From: Squalus acanthias
Taxonomy: Eukaryota
Direction: 5' to 3'
Length of the DNA: 64,000 nt
Assembly (NCBI GenBank): GCA_030390025.1
Contig: CM059433.1
Coordinates: 27,716,001 to 27,780,000 of the forward strand
The translations under genes and the position numbers were made by a program. Below, one piece after another: positions 1 to 12,485 of this stretch (positions within the stretch are counted from its first letter, which is position 1; every line of letters starts with the position of its first letter). The notes beneath the pieces are model-generated. The model made no database searches and was not told the origin of the DNA. It saw nothing but the letters and a program-made list of their open reading frames with translations.

Positions 1-562
1 ATTCTTTGCTGTTTTTTATATTCTGTCCAATCTTCTGACCTGCCACCCATCTTTGCGCAATTATATGCTTTTTCTTTAAGTTTGATACTATCTTTAACTT
101 TTTTAGTTAACCACGGATAGTGGGTCCTCCCCTTGGAATTTTTCTTTCTCGTTGGAATGTATATATTCTGTGTATTTTGAAATATCCCCTTAAATGTCTG
201 TCACTGCAACTCAATTGATCTATCCCTTAACCTAATTTGCCAGTTCACTTCAGCTAGCTCTGCTTTCATGCCCTCATAATTGCCCTTATTTAAGTTTAAA
301 ATACTAGTCTTGGACCCACTTTTCTCTCCCTCAAACTGAATGTACAATTCAATCATATTGTGATCGCTGCTAACTAGGGGCACCTTCACTATGAGGTCAT
401 TAATTAATCCTATCTCGTTGCACAATACCAGGTCTAGTATAGCCTGCTCTCTGGTTGGCTCCAGAACGTGCTGTTCTAAGAAACTATCCCGAAAACATTC
501 GATGAACTCCTCATCTAGGCTACCTTTGCCCATCTGATTTTTCCAGTCCATATGTAGATTAA
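1..562 (-). mobile_element. CR1-type LINE ORF2 fragment (endonuclease C-terminal region), runs off window start
   Basis: Peptide FLEQHVLEPTREQAILDLVLCNE...SSDHNMI, in-frame stop at ~201. Confidence 0.85.
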
Positions 563-720
563 AAAGAAGGAAGGCAGGCAGGAAGGAAGGAAGGCAGGCA
601 GGAAGGAAGGAAGGGAAGCAAGAAGGAAGGAAGGCAAGAAGGAAGGAAAGCAAGATGTAAGAGAGGAAAGAAAGGAAGAAAGAAAAAACAAACAAACAAA
701 TAGGAAATTAAAGAGAAAGA
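563..720. repeat. Purine-rich (GGAA/GGCA/GAAA) simple repeat
   Basis: Seen directly. Confidence 0.9.
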
Positions 721-1121
721 CTTGTAGAGTGGGAGACTGGCAGAGAAAGTTACAAGAGGGATGAACTTTTTTTTTAATTGGTCCAAGAGCATGGAACATC
801 AACTGGTTTTATTTTAAAGTCACAGTGGACTATGTGACATTGGCAGACATACTACAGTGACAGCAGTTAGTGGTTTCTGGAGAGAGAATTGGAAAATAAA
901 AATAAAATGATATAGAACGGGTACAGCAGAGATGGACACCCTGGTCAGGACAAAGGCCGAGGCTGATACCAGTGACTCTACTGAAGCCAAGACAGATACT
1001 CAGGCTTGTATAGATTGGGTGGAAAAGCTACAAGGAAAGTCAGATTCTTAGTAACTACCAATATTGAAACAAATGTTTCCACAGTGAAAGATTTCATGGG
1101 GGTGTCCCATGCCAACAACAC

Positions 1122-1465
1122 TAGAACATAAGAATATAAGAAATAGGAGCAGGAATAGGCCACTTGGCCCCTCGAGTCTGCTCCGCCATTCAATAAGATC
1201 ATGGCTGATCTTGGGCTCAAAGCCACTTCCCAGCCCGCTCCCCATAACCCTTCACTCCCTTATCTTGCAAAAATTTGTCTATCTCCACTTGAAATGTATT
1301 TAACAAATCAGCCTCCACAGCTCTCTGGGGCAGAGAATTCCACAAATTTACGACCCTCTGAGAGAAGAAGTTCCTCCTCATCTCAGTTCTAAAAGGGCGA
1401 CCATTTATTCTGATACTGTGCCCCCGAGTTCTAGATTTCCCCATGAGGGGAAACATCCTCTCAGA
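1122..1465 (-). mobile_element. CR1/HER1-type LINE 3' end
   Basis: RTRGH...RRNFFSQRVVNLWNSLP peptide plus 3' stem-loop and short-repeat tail. Confidence 0.88.
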
Positions 1466-2660
1466 GTTGTGATCTATGAGCTTCGATACAAAGGTGCTTC
1501 AGCCAAATGAATTCCTGGATGTTAGCAAACTGCAGCAAAGTGGCCAAACATTCCTACTAATAGGCCATGTGCAACACAGCCAGTTATCAGGGACTTCCCC
1601 CAGTGTAGTTAACCACACCTAAAATAATACACCTATATTTCTCCCCACTAGTAACTCAGCAGAAACCACAGACCCAACATCACAACTAAATTATTCAACT
1701 CTCACCAGCTGCATCTGACAGACAAATTCCCATGGTCCAAACAGATATGAAACCTTCACATTTTTATGTAGTACTTTTTAATTAGTCCCCATATTTAAAC
1801 TTTATAACCTTCAATCCAATCTCAACGAGATATTCACCCAGCTCATTTTTGAAGAGTTAACTGACACGGCAATAACTGCCTTTGATGGAAGTCTACTTCA
1901 CATAGCTTGGACTCAGAATGGGGGTGGTGGAGAAGAGAGAAGGGTGAATCTAATCTTTAAACCTCTGACAGTGCTTCTAGCCATTAGGCTGTTGGTCTAC
2001 AATTAACAACTCAAGTGCTGTTTGAAACTATTTGTTGCATCCCTGAGGTGAGGGGCTCCCAAGTCAATAGCTGCTGTTTTAAGCAGGCTGTTGGTCCAGC
2101 CGGGAAGAACTGAGATGAGATTTCAGTTGCCCTCCATCCCATTCCACCCACCCAAGACTTCAAGACCAGTAACATGAGGAGTTTGAAAGTCAAACACTGA
2201 GGATGAAAGGTGGAAAAAGACTACCTGACCTCAAGGTGATGTGCAGTCCCCTCCCCCCTCAAAATCAGTGCCTCCAAACTCATCAGTTCCATGACCAAGT
2301 TAAATGTCCTTCAATATCCCAGGAGATTACATGGCTGCAGGGATGGATGGGTGGGAGGGAAGGAAGGGTTTAGTCATGATGGTCTTTTCCTGCCCACCAA
2401 TTTCGTATATTGGTAGTGCTGGATGATTCTCAGAAGTAAAGTGCCTGTACTTGTGCTTATATTTAAACTGTAGCCCGAGTTCCATGGGCTGACTCCTAGT
2501 GAGTAGAGGAGCATCAAGCAAAGCTCCCAACAATCCACTCCCTGCTGGCACAGAATAAAACAAAACCCTACAACAACAAAAAAATCCATATTCATCAAAA
2601 ATAATAGCAGACGTCAAGATGTGCTCAAAGTTGTAATCTGATCTCTTGACTGGTTGACTG

Positions 2661-2824
2661 CAATGTTCCCTTTAAGCTGCGCAGCCGCACAACACTCCAG
2701 GGAACCCACGCAGCCAGTTTGTCGGCTTTTCAATGTAAAAACCACGCATGTGCGGTATTTTGAATGGCCCACTCAGCCCCTTAAAGGGGCGGCGCGGGGC
2801 CAAAAACAATCACAGGGAACATTG
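2661..2824. mobile_element. hAT-type MITE (copy 1)
   Basis: TIR CAATGTTCCCT/AGGGAACATTG, perfect 8-bp TSD GTTGACTG. Confidence 0.9.
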
Positions 2825-4202
2825 GTTGACTGTTTTAGTTGATGACTGTCTTATATTCATGACTAGGTATTCACTTTTAAGTAATAAAAATGTAAAATAA
2901 ATGTTTTTTTTAATTAAATCAATAAATGAAAGCTTTCTACATAAAAGCGATTCATAAACAGAACTATCAGCTGACCATTATGACTACAGTAAGATCATTG
3001 TACTGTTGATTCTGAGGCCAACTGAGCCAAACAGGCTCAAGAACTATCTAAATATAACCAAACTATAGCTGCAGAGAAGGAAGTGGAAATGTTTTAATCC
3101 TAAAGTCTTTGTACCTATTACTGTGGCGACCATATGGCGTCATATTTGAACCACACCTGTGTAACTAAGCTAATTGGTTTGTAATTGATTTTAACCTAGA
3201 TATATTTACATTAGTATAATTTATTTTCTAAAGGAGGCTTGTTAAGATTAATTGACAAAGTCCCTTTTAAATTAGCAGCTTTATACACATATGTATGAGA
3301 AGTAATACTCTGCATCAATTATCACAACAGGACATCTTTGGCTAATCCTGTTTATAGTCCTCCAATGAAAAATATTACAATCCTCCTTTGTGATCCAAAC
3401 ATTTCTGGCTCATTATAAACAATCCCTAGTGAGCTTATCATTAGATAATTGATTTTTCTTGTATTTCCGCAATGGGATTTCTTCCCGAAGGAGCTGTAGG
3501 CAGATAACATGACAGACTCTCACATTGTACAAGGACAACATGGATATCTGGTCAAGCACCAGGAAGTTAACTAATGACCTATTCCGAGCAGGAGTGTGAG
3601 GGCTATAAAGTGGGCAATGTCAATCTTCCCAGTAAATCATCAACAAAGGTCCCAGACAAATTCATCATTCCAGCAACTACATGTTGACTAGATCAAAGGC
3701 ACTGAAGCATTTATATTTTGAAGAGGATATTTCACAGTCAGACCTGAACTTTGCTCTGAATTTGGATAGTTGTGACCATATTTATGACTTTGGGAAGCTT
3801 CATATATTGTCAACTTGAGATAGGAAACGATTTAACACGTCACAAATTCACTGCTCAGAAATGCCAGTTTTTCTCACTTCTGAAACTTTCGAAGAGAAAT
3901 TATATTTTAGGAACAAATTATTGAGCAATAGAAGGAATGAAAATAAGTATTAAAGTAAAGACACAGTTATGATGCAACTGAAGTGTTTGAAATCTTGACA
4001 AGTCATATTTAAACCTTGTACTTAACTTTTGAGCTCTAACAATAACTGTTGCCATATTTGAGTATTTATTCAGTGCTGTGCTCAGGGATAATAATTGCCA
4101 CCGTCATTTACTCTTGTTTCAGAGAGAATAACATTGTTAAAATTCAGACTGAAAAAGTACAACCTGCTTTGGGTTCAAAGCTTTCTGGGTTGACTTCTTT
4201 AC

Positions 4203-4372
4203 CTTTCCACTGACTTTCCGCACACCGTGTCCCACTTGTCCCTCAGCTCACTCAACATGTCATCGAGCTTCTGGTGATCATCGGCCAAAGTTGTCTTCTC
4301 TTTCAAGGAGCGGCCAGTCCTAATTGTGGTGTCGGACACGGAATGTTTTGCTCCTAGCGCTTTCTGGAACTC
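4203..4372 (-). CDS. dst: dst exon ([10 protein letters not shown]...CGKSVE-R), 170 nt, phase 0 to 2
   Basis: cgtag acceptor, AG|GTAAAG donor; [14 protein letters not shown] motif; translated by hand. Confidence 0.93.
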
Positions 4373-4761
4373 CTACGTTTAGAAACAAATAAATGATAAA
4401 AGGTTTTGTTAGCTGGATATACTTTTCATAGCAAGCCACTAACTCGAACTGTTCTTCGCAGCTATCATGCATGGATTAAAGTCATTGGTCACTATTTCTT
4501 TCAAGTTGGCTGTCCAAAAAATTCTAAAATGTAAAATGTACTCCAAAACTTCTCCCTAGAAAATAGAAAATATGTTAATGCTGTTTGTGGGACGTGGCTG
4601 CCATGTTTGCATACATAATCTTTCTGACAACACTTCAAAAGTAGTTCATTGGTTGTTGGCAATATCCTGAAGATGTGAACAGTACATTACAAATGCAAGT
4701 TCATTCTTGCTTTTTTATTTGAACTTAGGAAAAGGTGGCAACCAGACATGCAATAAAGACA

Positions 4762-5072
4762 GAAAGAATGAACTTGCATTTGTATAGCGCCTTTCACGAC
4801 CGCAGCACATCCCAAAGTGCTTCACAGCCAATGAAGTACTTCTGAAGTGTAGCCACTGTTGTAATGTAAGAAACGCAGCAACCAATTTGTGCACAGCAAG
4901 CTCCCCCCAAACAGCAATGTGATAATGACCAGATAATCTATTTTTGGGTGTTGGTTGAGGGATAAATTATAGGCCAGGACACCGGGGAGAACTCCCCTGC
5001 TCTTCTTCGAAATAATGTCGGGATCTTTTACGTCCACCTGAGAGGGCAGACGGTTTAACGTCTCATCTGAAA
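4762..5072 (-). mobile_element. Deu-domain (SacSINE1/AmnSINE-like) SINE with L2-like tail
   Basis: Recurrent in the window (also ~10690-11030, 60520-60770, and partial copies near 4580, 16740, 47860, 56900); family name from recall. Confidence 0.7.
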
Positions 5073-5094
5073 AACATATATGGGTGATAGACAT

Positions 5095-5247
5095 CAACGT
5101 TCCCGCTAAGCTGCACGGCGGTCTGGAGGTCCCGCACAGGCCACTCATCGGCTATTAAGTGGGAGAAACCGCGTATGCGTGAAAATTTGAATGTGCAACG
5201 CAGCCACTTAAAGGGACCACGCACCCAAAAAAAGAGAGGAAACATCA
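5095..5247. mobile_element. hAT-type MITE (copy 2, diverged)
   Basis: CAACGTTCCC...AGGAAACATCA ends, shared internal ttaaaggg...gcacccaaaa; TSD 5/8 match. Confidence 0.75.
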
Positions 5248-5281
5248 ATATGTATATGTATACATATGATGTATATGTTAC

Positions 5282-5401
5282 CTTGTGGTTTACAAGTTGC
5301 ATTTTCACTTTGTCTGGATCGTTTGCAATTTCAAGATCTGAGTCCAGGTTTTTTTCCGAATCTTCTAACCATTCCATCAGTTTCTTCCAGGCCTCTTGGA
5401 A
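5282..5401 (-). CDS. dst: dst exon ([10 protein letters not shown]...QLVNHK), 120 nt
   Basis: aatag acceptor, AAG|GTAACA donor; IANDPDK motif. Confidence 0.93.
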
Positions 5402-6067
5402 CTATTGCCAAATAATAAAAATCACCAACATTCAATGCTTTAATATCCAGACACTTGTCCTTAAAATAACGTCCTATTTTACTTGAAAGACTCCTGTACC
5501 TCTCAGAAGATTACACCACATTATGGAAGATTAGAAAGGACAAACAATTAGCAGGAACATTAGAACAACTTCAACTCGCAAAATGAGCAATAATTTAAAT
5601 ATATTAGAAAATTATATATATTCGAAAATTATAACAAGACTGATCTGGGAGTTTATTTCTAAAATAATAAAGTCTGATAGACATCCATATTATAAAGTTT
5701 ATATGTATTGGCAAAAAAACACTTGAGGCCAGTAATAGGATCAGTCTTTTCAACTGCATAATCACATGTAGTGTTTTTAATTAAATTCTTGACTCATCCA
5801 GAGGAATCTAAACATTTGAGCAGATTTTACTGGAGCGGGACAGCTCACGGAGTGCCCTGCTAGTTAGAGTTGTCCGTACAACATTTGGGTTGTGAAATTT
5901 TTTGCCCACAAAGTTGCTGGAGTGCGAGCCGATAATGGTGTGGCAAGGGAAACGGGGCATCTGGGACCTTGGTGAATGATGGGACCAACAATCTGCCGCC
6001 ACAACGAATGAGATTAAAAGATGGAGAAAGAACCAGAGGAAGGACTGATAAGGAGGGTGAATTCAAT

Positions 6068-6737
6068 GGCCTAGAAATCGCGGTCGGAGGCGTACCTCCA
6101 GAGTACACATCTGACCCGTGAAACAATTCCGAAAGTACCTCCGTCTGCCCAGGCTGCAAAAAGTTGTGGTCTCGGGCCTCAAGGCGGAAGGCAGCGTAAT
6201 GGCCCACGGATCCCAGGGACGCAGGTGGTTCAGAAGCGTACCTGGGATCACGTGGGCCCGGTCCTCCAATGACAAAAAGGAGAATTCCATTGCAATCATT
6301 TACAAAGGGAATCCCCTAATGATATGCAATGCAATCCAAAATGTAAAAATGATATGAGTGACAGAATTGTAATTTTAAGCATAATTACCTTCATTCCACC
6401 AAACTCAATAAAAATTTAATTTTTTGATAATAATTTCATACATTAAAACTGTGTATGTGCGGAACTTTGGATATGTAAGTGTACAATTTAAGCCTTAGAT
6501 ATTCCCTTACGCTGATGCAAATAAGCCCAGCCTGCTTGCATCAACTGTAAGACTTATGTGGGCAATTGCTGGCCAGTCGCTGGGCAAATAGCCCAACTCT
6601 GCGCCAGGGATTGCTTTTTCGGAGCCCCCACGGATAGCCGGTCAATGCAAGCGCATGGAGCATAAATACCGGCGGGATGTTTTAAAGGGATTACAACGGT
6701 GAACTCTCGCCGTTACAGACACTGCAATTTCAGGGCC
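6068..6737. mobile_element. PIF/Harbinger-like non-autonomous element
   Basis: Imperfect TIR GGCCTAGAAATCGCGGT / ACTGCAATTTCAGGGCC, AAT on both flanks, GC-rich arms and AT-rich core. Confidence 0.65.
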
Positions 6738-6944
6738 AATATCAAATCAGGTGTGCAACATTGAGACGTCATTATTTTTTCAGCAAAATCTGGCCCATGA
6801 AATCAAAAGTCAATGTTGAACTGATATGTTTGTAATGTTCCAGGTGAAAGTGATTGTGACAGCTCTGTAAGAGAAAACAATCCTATTACTTCACTTTTGA
6901 TTTCACTGTTTCCTCTCTAGTTTATTTAATCTTCCTCCATGCCA

Positions 6945-7012
6945 AGCTGAAAGGTCAGGCATATAAGAGGTCAAACTGAAAGGTCAGGCATACAAGAGGT
7001 CAAACTGAAAGG
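6945..7012. repeat. 29-bp tandem repeat, ~2.3 copies
   Basis: ctgaaaggtcaggcatayaagaggtcaaa repeated. Confidence 0.85.
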
Positions 7013-7431
7013 CCGGATAAGGAGCCTGCACCCAGGTCTCGTGGGGCCAGTTTTCTATTGAGAGCAGCCTGATTAATTCATCCCATGATTTTGCTCGTTT
7101 CTCTGTATGCATCAACTCGTCCTTGCTTGATGCTTTTCTCTTTCACTTTCCCAAAGGACCCTGAGAAGCAGCAATGGGGAATGCTGGGTGTGGACTCGCA
7201 CTCTGCTGGTGAACAGACACACAGACTCCTGGCCTCTGTCTTTACATTTGTTCCACTATATAGATCCAAATGGAAAGTAAAAATGTGAATAAACTTTTCA
7301 GGCTAAGTATTCCCATTAACGAGCAAAGATATTTCATGGTCTTTACTCTTTGGCAATTATAACTGCATCAACAATCATAAATAATCATAAATATACGACA
7401 GTCACTAATAAATCCAATCCAGTCACTAATA

Positions 7432-7675
7432 AAAGAAACTTCTTTATTCAGAGAGTGGTGAGAATGTGGAACTCGCTACCACAAGGAGTAGTTGAGGCAA
7501 ATAGCACAGATGCATTTAAGGGGAAGCTAGATAAACACAAGGGAGAAAAAAATAGAAGGGTATACTGATAAGGTTAGATGAAAAGGGGTGGGAGGAGGCT
7601 CGGGTGGAGCATTAACACCGGTGTGGGCCAGTTGGGCCTAATGGCCTGTTTCTGTGCTGTGAAGTCTATGTAATA
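7432..7675 (+). mobile_element. CR1 3' fragment
   Basis: RNFFIQRVVRMWNSLP peptide and 3' tail. Confidence 0.8.
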
Positions 7676-7958
7676 GCAGAGGCTGTAGAGAGCAAGAAGA
7701 TCTTAAGAAGTGCACTTCAGGGGCCAGTTAGTGAATTTTACAAGCTCAAAGTCACAGCAGTTCATACTAAAGAACATTTAAACCCTAAGCAACTTTACAA
7801 GCACGCACCTCTAGAAATTTTGATTTTATTCCACCCATTTGGCAAAGAGTGATACAAAAAACACCTCACAGTTTGACATCACAATTGCATCTTGTTCCGA
7901 TACAATCACACCAGGTTTTTGCTGCTTTATTATTTTCTCTAGAGACGAGCTCCTTTAC

Positions 7959-8165
7959 CTGTTTAGCACGTTTCCTTGCATCATCTAGTCCTCTTCCTCT
8001 ATCAACAGAACGCTGCACAACCTTCTCCCATCGAGCTTGAACACTGATCAACAAGTTCTTAATCAGCACCACGTCCTGCTTCTGACTGAAGTACTTCAGG
8101 TGGGTTCCAGTCTTATCCAGTTCAATTATTTTCTCACGGTGCGAGTTGACCTCATTGGCAAAAAC
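7959..8165 (-). CDS. dst: dst exon ([10 protein letters not shown]...ARKRAKQ), 207 nt
   Basis: ttttcag acceptor, CAG|GTAAAG donor. Confidence 0.95.
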
Positions 8166-8278
8166 CTGAAAATGTGGAAAACACAATAGCAAAACGCATT
8201 TGCTCAATGTAAGAAAGATCAGTATGCTTTGGCTCAAAGATATTTAGAAATTTCTAAATGTCTATTCAGGTCAAATAC

Positions 8279-8434
8279 CTTGTGTTCGTCAATCTGGAAC
8301 ATAATAGTGTCCAGAATGAGACTTGGTGATGAAGCTAATGTCAAAGTTTGCTCTGCTTGAGTCAGCCAGTTGATGAAGTCTTGAAGGGAATTGTGGAACT
8401 CGGTGGCTAGATTGAGGGCCTCCTCCAGTTTAAC
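8279..8434 (-). CDS. dst: dst exon ([10 protein letters not shown]...FQIDEHK), 156 nt
   Basis: tgcag acceptor, AAG|GTATTT donor. Confidence 0.94.
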
Positions 8435-8689
8435 CTGCACATAATGAGATGGTGATCAGCTGTTTCATCCTTAATGAATACTACACATCCATTGAAAGTG
8501 CTCATTATTCTTTCCCCAAATTACAACAGGGACTACTCTTCACAAATAGGCTGTGAAGCATCTTGGGATGTCCCGAGGTCGTGAAAGGCGCTGTATAAAT
8601 ACTAGTTCGTTCGTTCTCTCTTTGTGAATTTTGTGTTCAAAGTGAAGGGCGTCAGTGCTGGGGAGTGGAACACTTTCCATTTAGGCATC

Positions 8690-8830
8690 CAGTGTCAGCA
8701 TCAAGGGCTCCCAGGTTAGGTACAGCACTGCGAGTTGCAGAGTAAAGCTTCTTCGACTCTGCCCCAACAAACTGCCTCAACCCAATCTTCAGAAGACCAC
8801 TCTCTCTCTATCTACCCCATCAGTGTGACA
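8690..8830 (-). mobile_element. Possible LF-SINE-like 3' fragment
   Basis: Minus strand gggttgaggcagtttgttggggcag...gtgctgtacct resembles the recalled LF-SINE 3' part. Confidence 0.4.
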
Positions 8831-9212
8831 CTTTTCCATTTCCCACACTTGTCACATCTGTGGTCTCCAACTGAGATTACCCATTTAATGCCAAATTTTC
8901 ATAATCATCATCTTTGGAATTTCCACTCTTGTATTTTGACCCTAGCACCATTACTCAGCACTCAATGTCCTCGCTCATGTTCATATCTCCTTCTGCGGCT
9001 CGGTGTCAAATTCTGTCTGATAATGCTCCTGTGAAGCGCCTTGGGACGTTTTACTATGTTAAAGGTGCTATATAAATGCAAGTTGCTGTTGTTGTTCTGA
9101 TTGGACTTGCAAATTATTCAGCAAAACAAGGGCTAATAAACTGCTCCAACATATTAAAAGGTGACAACATTTTTCGCACTATTTCGCATTAGAAAAATAC
9201 ACTATGTTGTAC

Positions 9213-9374
9213 CTTTCGTTCAGTTAGTTTTACTTCAACAGATTCCCATCTTTCCTTCAGGTGGTTGATGCCTCGCTCCACATTACCATCACCAGCTCCC
9301 TCACAACTCAGCCGCCCCTTATTTATCAGGTTTTTGTAGATCTCCTCTTTGGCTTCAAACGCAGCACAGAGCTC
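9213..9374 (-). CDS. dst: dst exon (ELCAAFEAKE...VKLTERK), 162 nt
   Basis: cgtag acceptor, AAG|GTACAA donor; translated by hand. Confidence 0.9.
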
Positions 9375-9459
9375 CTACGTGAAAACAAACATCACTTCCT
9401 TGTTAACAGTGAATGTTTACACATATTCATACACTTATATATGGCAGACCATTCGAGAC

Positions 9460-10200
9460 AAGTTGGTATGCTTCAGTTGTACAGAGCCTTAGTCAGACCC
9501 CATCTACGTTCAGTTTTGGCCATGGATGGGATACAGTGCAAATTCACCAGAATTACACCGGAGTTTAAAGGGTTAAATTACAAAGACAGGTTGCATAACC
9601 TTGGTTTGTATTTCTTTGAGTTTAGAAGGTTGAGGGGTGATCTAATTGAAGTGTTTAAAATGACAAAATGATTCAAACGGGTAGATAGAGAGAAACTATT
9701 TGCCTCTGGTGGGGGAATCCAGAATAAGGGGATATAATCTTAAAATTAGAGCCTGGCTGTTCAGCAGTGAAATCAGGAAGCACTTTTTCACACAAAGGGT
9801 AGTGGAAATCTGGAACACTCTTCCCCAAAAGGCTGTTGAGGCTGGGGGTCAATTGGCGTTTTCAAGACTGAGATCGATAAGATTTTTGTTGGGCAAGGGT
9901 ATCAAGGGATATGGATCAAAGGCAGGTAAATGGAGTTAAGATACAGATCAGCCATGATCTATCTGAATGGTGGAACAGGCTACAAGCTAATGTCAAAGCT
10001 TGTTCTGCTGGAGTCAGCCAGTTGATGAAGTCTTGAAGGGAATTGTGGAACTCGGTGGCTAGATTGAGGGCCTCCTCCAGTTTAACCTGCACATAATGAG
10101 ATGGTGATCAGCTGTTTCATCCTTAATGAATACTACACATCCATTGAAAGTGCTCATTATTCTTTCCCCAAAGGGCTGAATGGCCTCCTCCTGTTCCTAA
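9460..10200 (+). mobile_element. CR1 3' fragment whose tail is interrupted by the exon copy
   Basis: LQLYRALVRPHL, RRLRGDLIEVFK and HFFTQRVVEIWNTLP peptides; tail split between gaacaggct and gggctgaatggcctcc. Confidence 0.88.
9984..10172 (-). pseudogene. 189-bp duplicated copy of 8332..8520 (first 103 nt of a dst exon plus 86 nt of upstream intron with acceptor)
   Basis: Base-by-base comparison shows 3 substitutions and no indels; it interrupts a CR1 3' tail. Confidence 0.95.
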
Positions 10201-10689
10201 TTCAGTAACCTATTGTTACATGGGTGCTGCTGTAAGGATCTGAGACTAATACCAAATTAGCTCCACTGCCAAGGGTAACCCGGAAACCAATGGCAAACCT
10301 GGCAAAGTAAATGAGTTTGTGCCGGTGCCTCCGTGGGCAGTGCTCCCCACCGGATGATGAGGTCTGTGTCTCTGAACCGCAACATAAAGGTGAAGCAGGA
10401 TACCACTGGACACAGTTCTGGCTCTGGCTACTGGCAGCTTGAGCATTTGAAGTGTTCACACCTGCTGCATTAGGGCCAGTGAAGCGGTTTTGCCTCCCAC
10501 ATCAAATGGGAAATTGTCACAACAACCCTTTAATCTGCTTCCAGATGTTGTAGGAAGCACCTTAATATAAAAACTGAGTAAATGCTCACTGCCACTGGGC
10601 AGGATGGACACAGATTGACTCCGGCTCATTTACCTTACTGATCTGATCCGCGTTGTGTGCAGATGCGAGTCTATGGCTGTCGTAGTGCT

Positions 10690-11030
10690 AGGAAACGCGG
10701 TAGCTAATTTACGCACAGCACACCTTGGTCCCATGAACAGCAATGAAAGAAATGACTAGACAATCTGATTTAGGGATGTTGGTTGAGGGATAAATATTGG
10801 CCAGGACACCAGGGAAAACTCCCTTACTCTTCTTTGATACAGTGCCATGGGATCTTTTACGTCTCCCTTGCTTTAACATCGCATCCAAAAGACAGCACCT
10901 CCGACAGTGCAGCACTCCCTCAGTACTGCACTGGGAGTGCCCGTCTAAATTTTGTTCTCAAGCCTCTGAAGTGGGGCTCGAACCCACAACCCTCTGACTC
11001 AAGAGGTGAGAATGCTACAACTGACACCTT
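10690..11030 (-). mobile_element. Deu-domain tRNA-derived SINE
   Basis: Homologous to 4762..5072; B-box-like ggttcgagccc on the minus strand near 10975. Confidence 0.7.
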
Positions 11031-11484
11031 GGGTCACAGGCCTGCTGCTTTGCCAGGATAAAATTCAAGGAAATATAAAGAAAATGCATTCATGAAAATA
11101 AATGCTTCAGTTTCTACAGTAACAGGAGCTGCAGCGGACTTGGCAAAGCTGTTCCCTCAGGAAGAGCAGCTTTCTATGCTGTATAAAAGCAGCTTAAAAC
11201 ATGGGGATCTGCTGAAGCCAGTGTCAGGTGCTTGGAATTCCTTTAGGAACATTAGTCACAAGTCAATCAGATGCTTGAACATTAGTTGGGATTCACAAAA
11301 ACAATCAAGGCTCATCACCAGAACAATGGGCCACAATTTAACTGAAGTAATATTTTCATCACAAGAGTCTTTTGTTGTCATTAAGCAATCCGACTTTGTT
11401 CCCTCTCGTTACTTTGATTCAGAAACTTCTCCCAGTTCTGTAAGTAAACCATCTGTGCAGCCTTCGCCACTGAACGATACGTAC

Positions 11485-11613
11485 CAGATGGATATTAAGC
11501 TGCTCCCTGGCAGTTTCTGGCAGGCCTCCAACAGGTTTTGATGCTAACAGCTGACGTTCAGTTTCTACCAGCCACCGCTGCATATCTTCAATCTCACTCT
11601 GGAAACCTTGAGC
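11485..11613 (-). CDS. dst: dst exon ([10 protein letters not shown]...EQLNIHL), 129 nt
   Basis: tgtag acceptor, CTG|GTACGT donor; [11 protein letters not shown] motif; translated by hand. Confidence 0.92.
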
Positions 11614-12485
11614 CTACATCATACAAAGAATTGACATGATCATCTTCTGCTGACCAGAACAAGGACAACTCCCCTCTCCCAAGTTTGCGCACCCTGGCGG
11701 CATTTTCTTCCCAACTAATTTAATTAAGGACTTCTCACCAGACCTGCAACACCAGAGGCAGTCAAGGCTCAGTAAAAGCAACTTTCATTAAAATTTGATG
11801 TGACTCCGAGTAGCACGCAAGTGCACTGACGCAGCGTCACAGAAAGGTGCAACAGGTAATCTCATCGCAATTCACTAACTGAAGCCAGGCCTTGGTGGGG
11901 AGGTGCTCTTGACCGGGAGAGAAGAAAGCTTGACTCATGTTGCCGTCATGAGTGGCACCTGCAGAAGAACGGCAACAGGTCACAAACAACACCTGCTTGC
12001 TCTCTCGGCCAAGCATTCTCGAGTGGCATGGGGAAACCCTCAAGGAGGCTGGTGAAAAGTAGCTACATTGCTGTTCATCCCCTCACTACAAGGGACATCT
12101 TTTATTATGTCTGTGGGGATCCAAAGAGAATGAAAAATATGGAAGAATATTCCCAGGTAGGAAAAATCAACACTGAGAAATGTAACATTTCTCCTTATGC
12201 AGGTAATTTTGCTTCTTTTAGTTTCTTTCAGCCATTTCCCCAGATTGGCTCCAACATGGATGTAACTCTGGAACAGAACCTGTCGCTCCTATTTGCCACT
12301 GGTTTACCAGCGTAAAACCAAGGCCTGCAAATTAATTTTGATTTGCATCGCTGGTCTCCAAGCTCTCTCAGGATACTATCCTGTTGTTGTTCATCTGGGA
12401 GGCTGGATTCGAAAAAGCCCCAGTTAGCTGCATCGCTCAGTCTGGGCGCAAGGAAGCCTGCAACTAATTCTCGGCCTTGCCTTAC

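Noticed and set aside
515..802. Hydrophobic ORFs resembling signal or membrane peptides
   Set aside because: Translation of the GGAA/GGCA simple repeat.
1..4202. Next dst exon (expected QNKLEEALLFSGQF-like)
   Set aside because: Not found by eye; it presumably lies beyond the window start.
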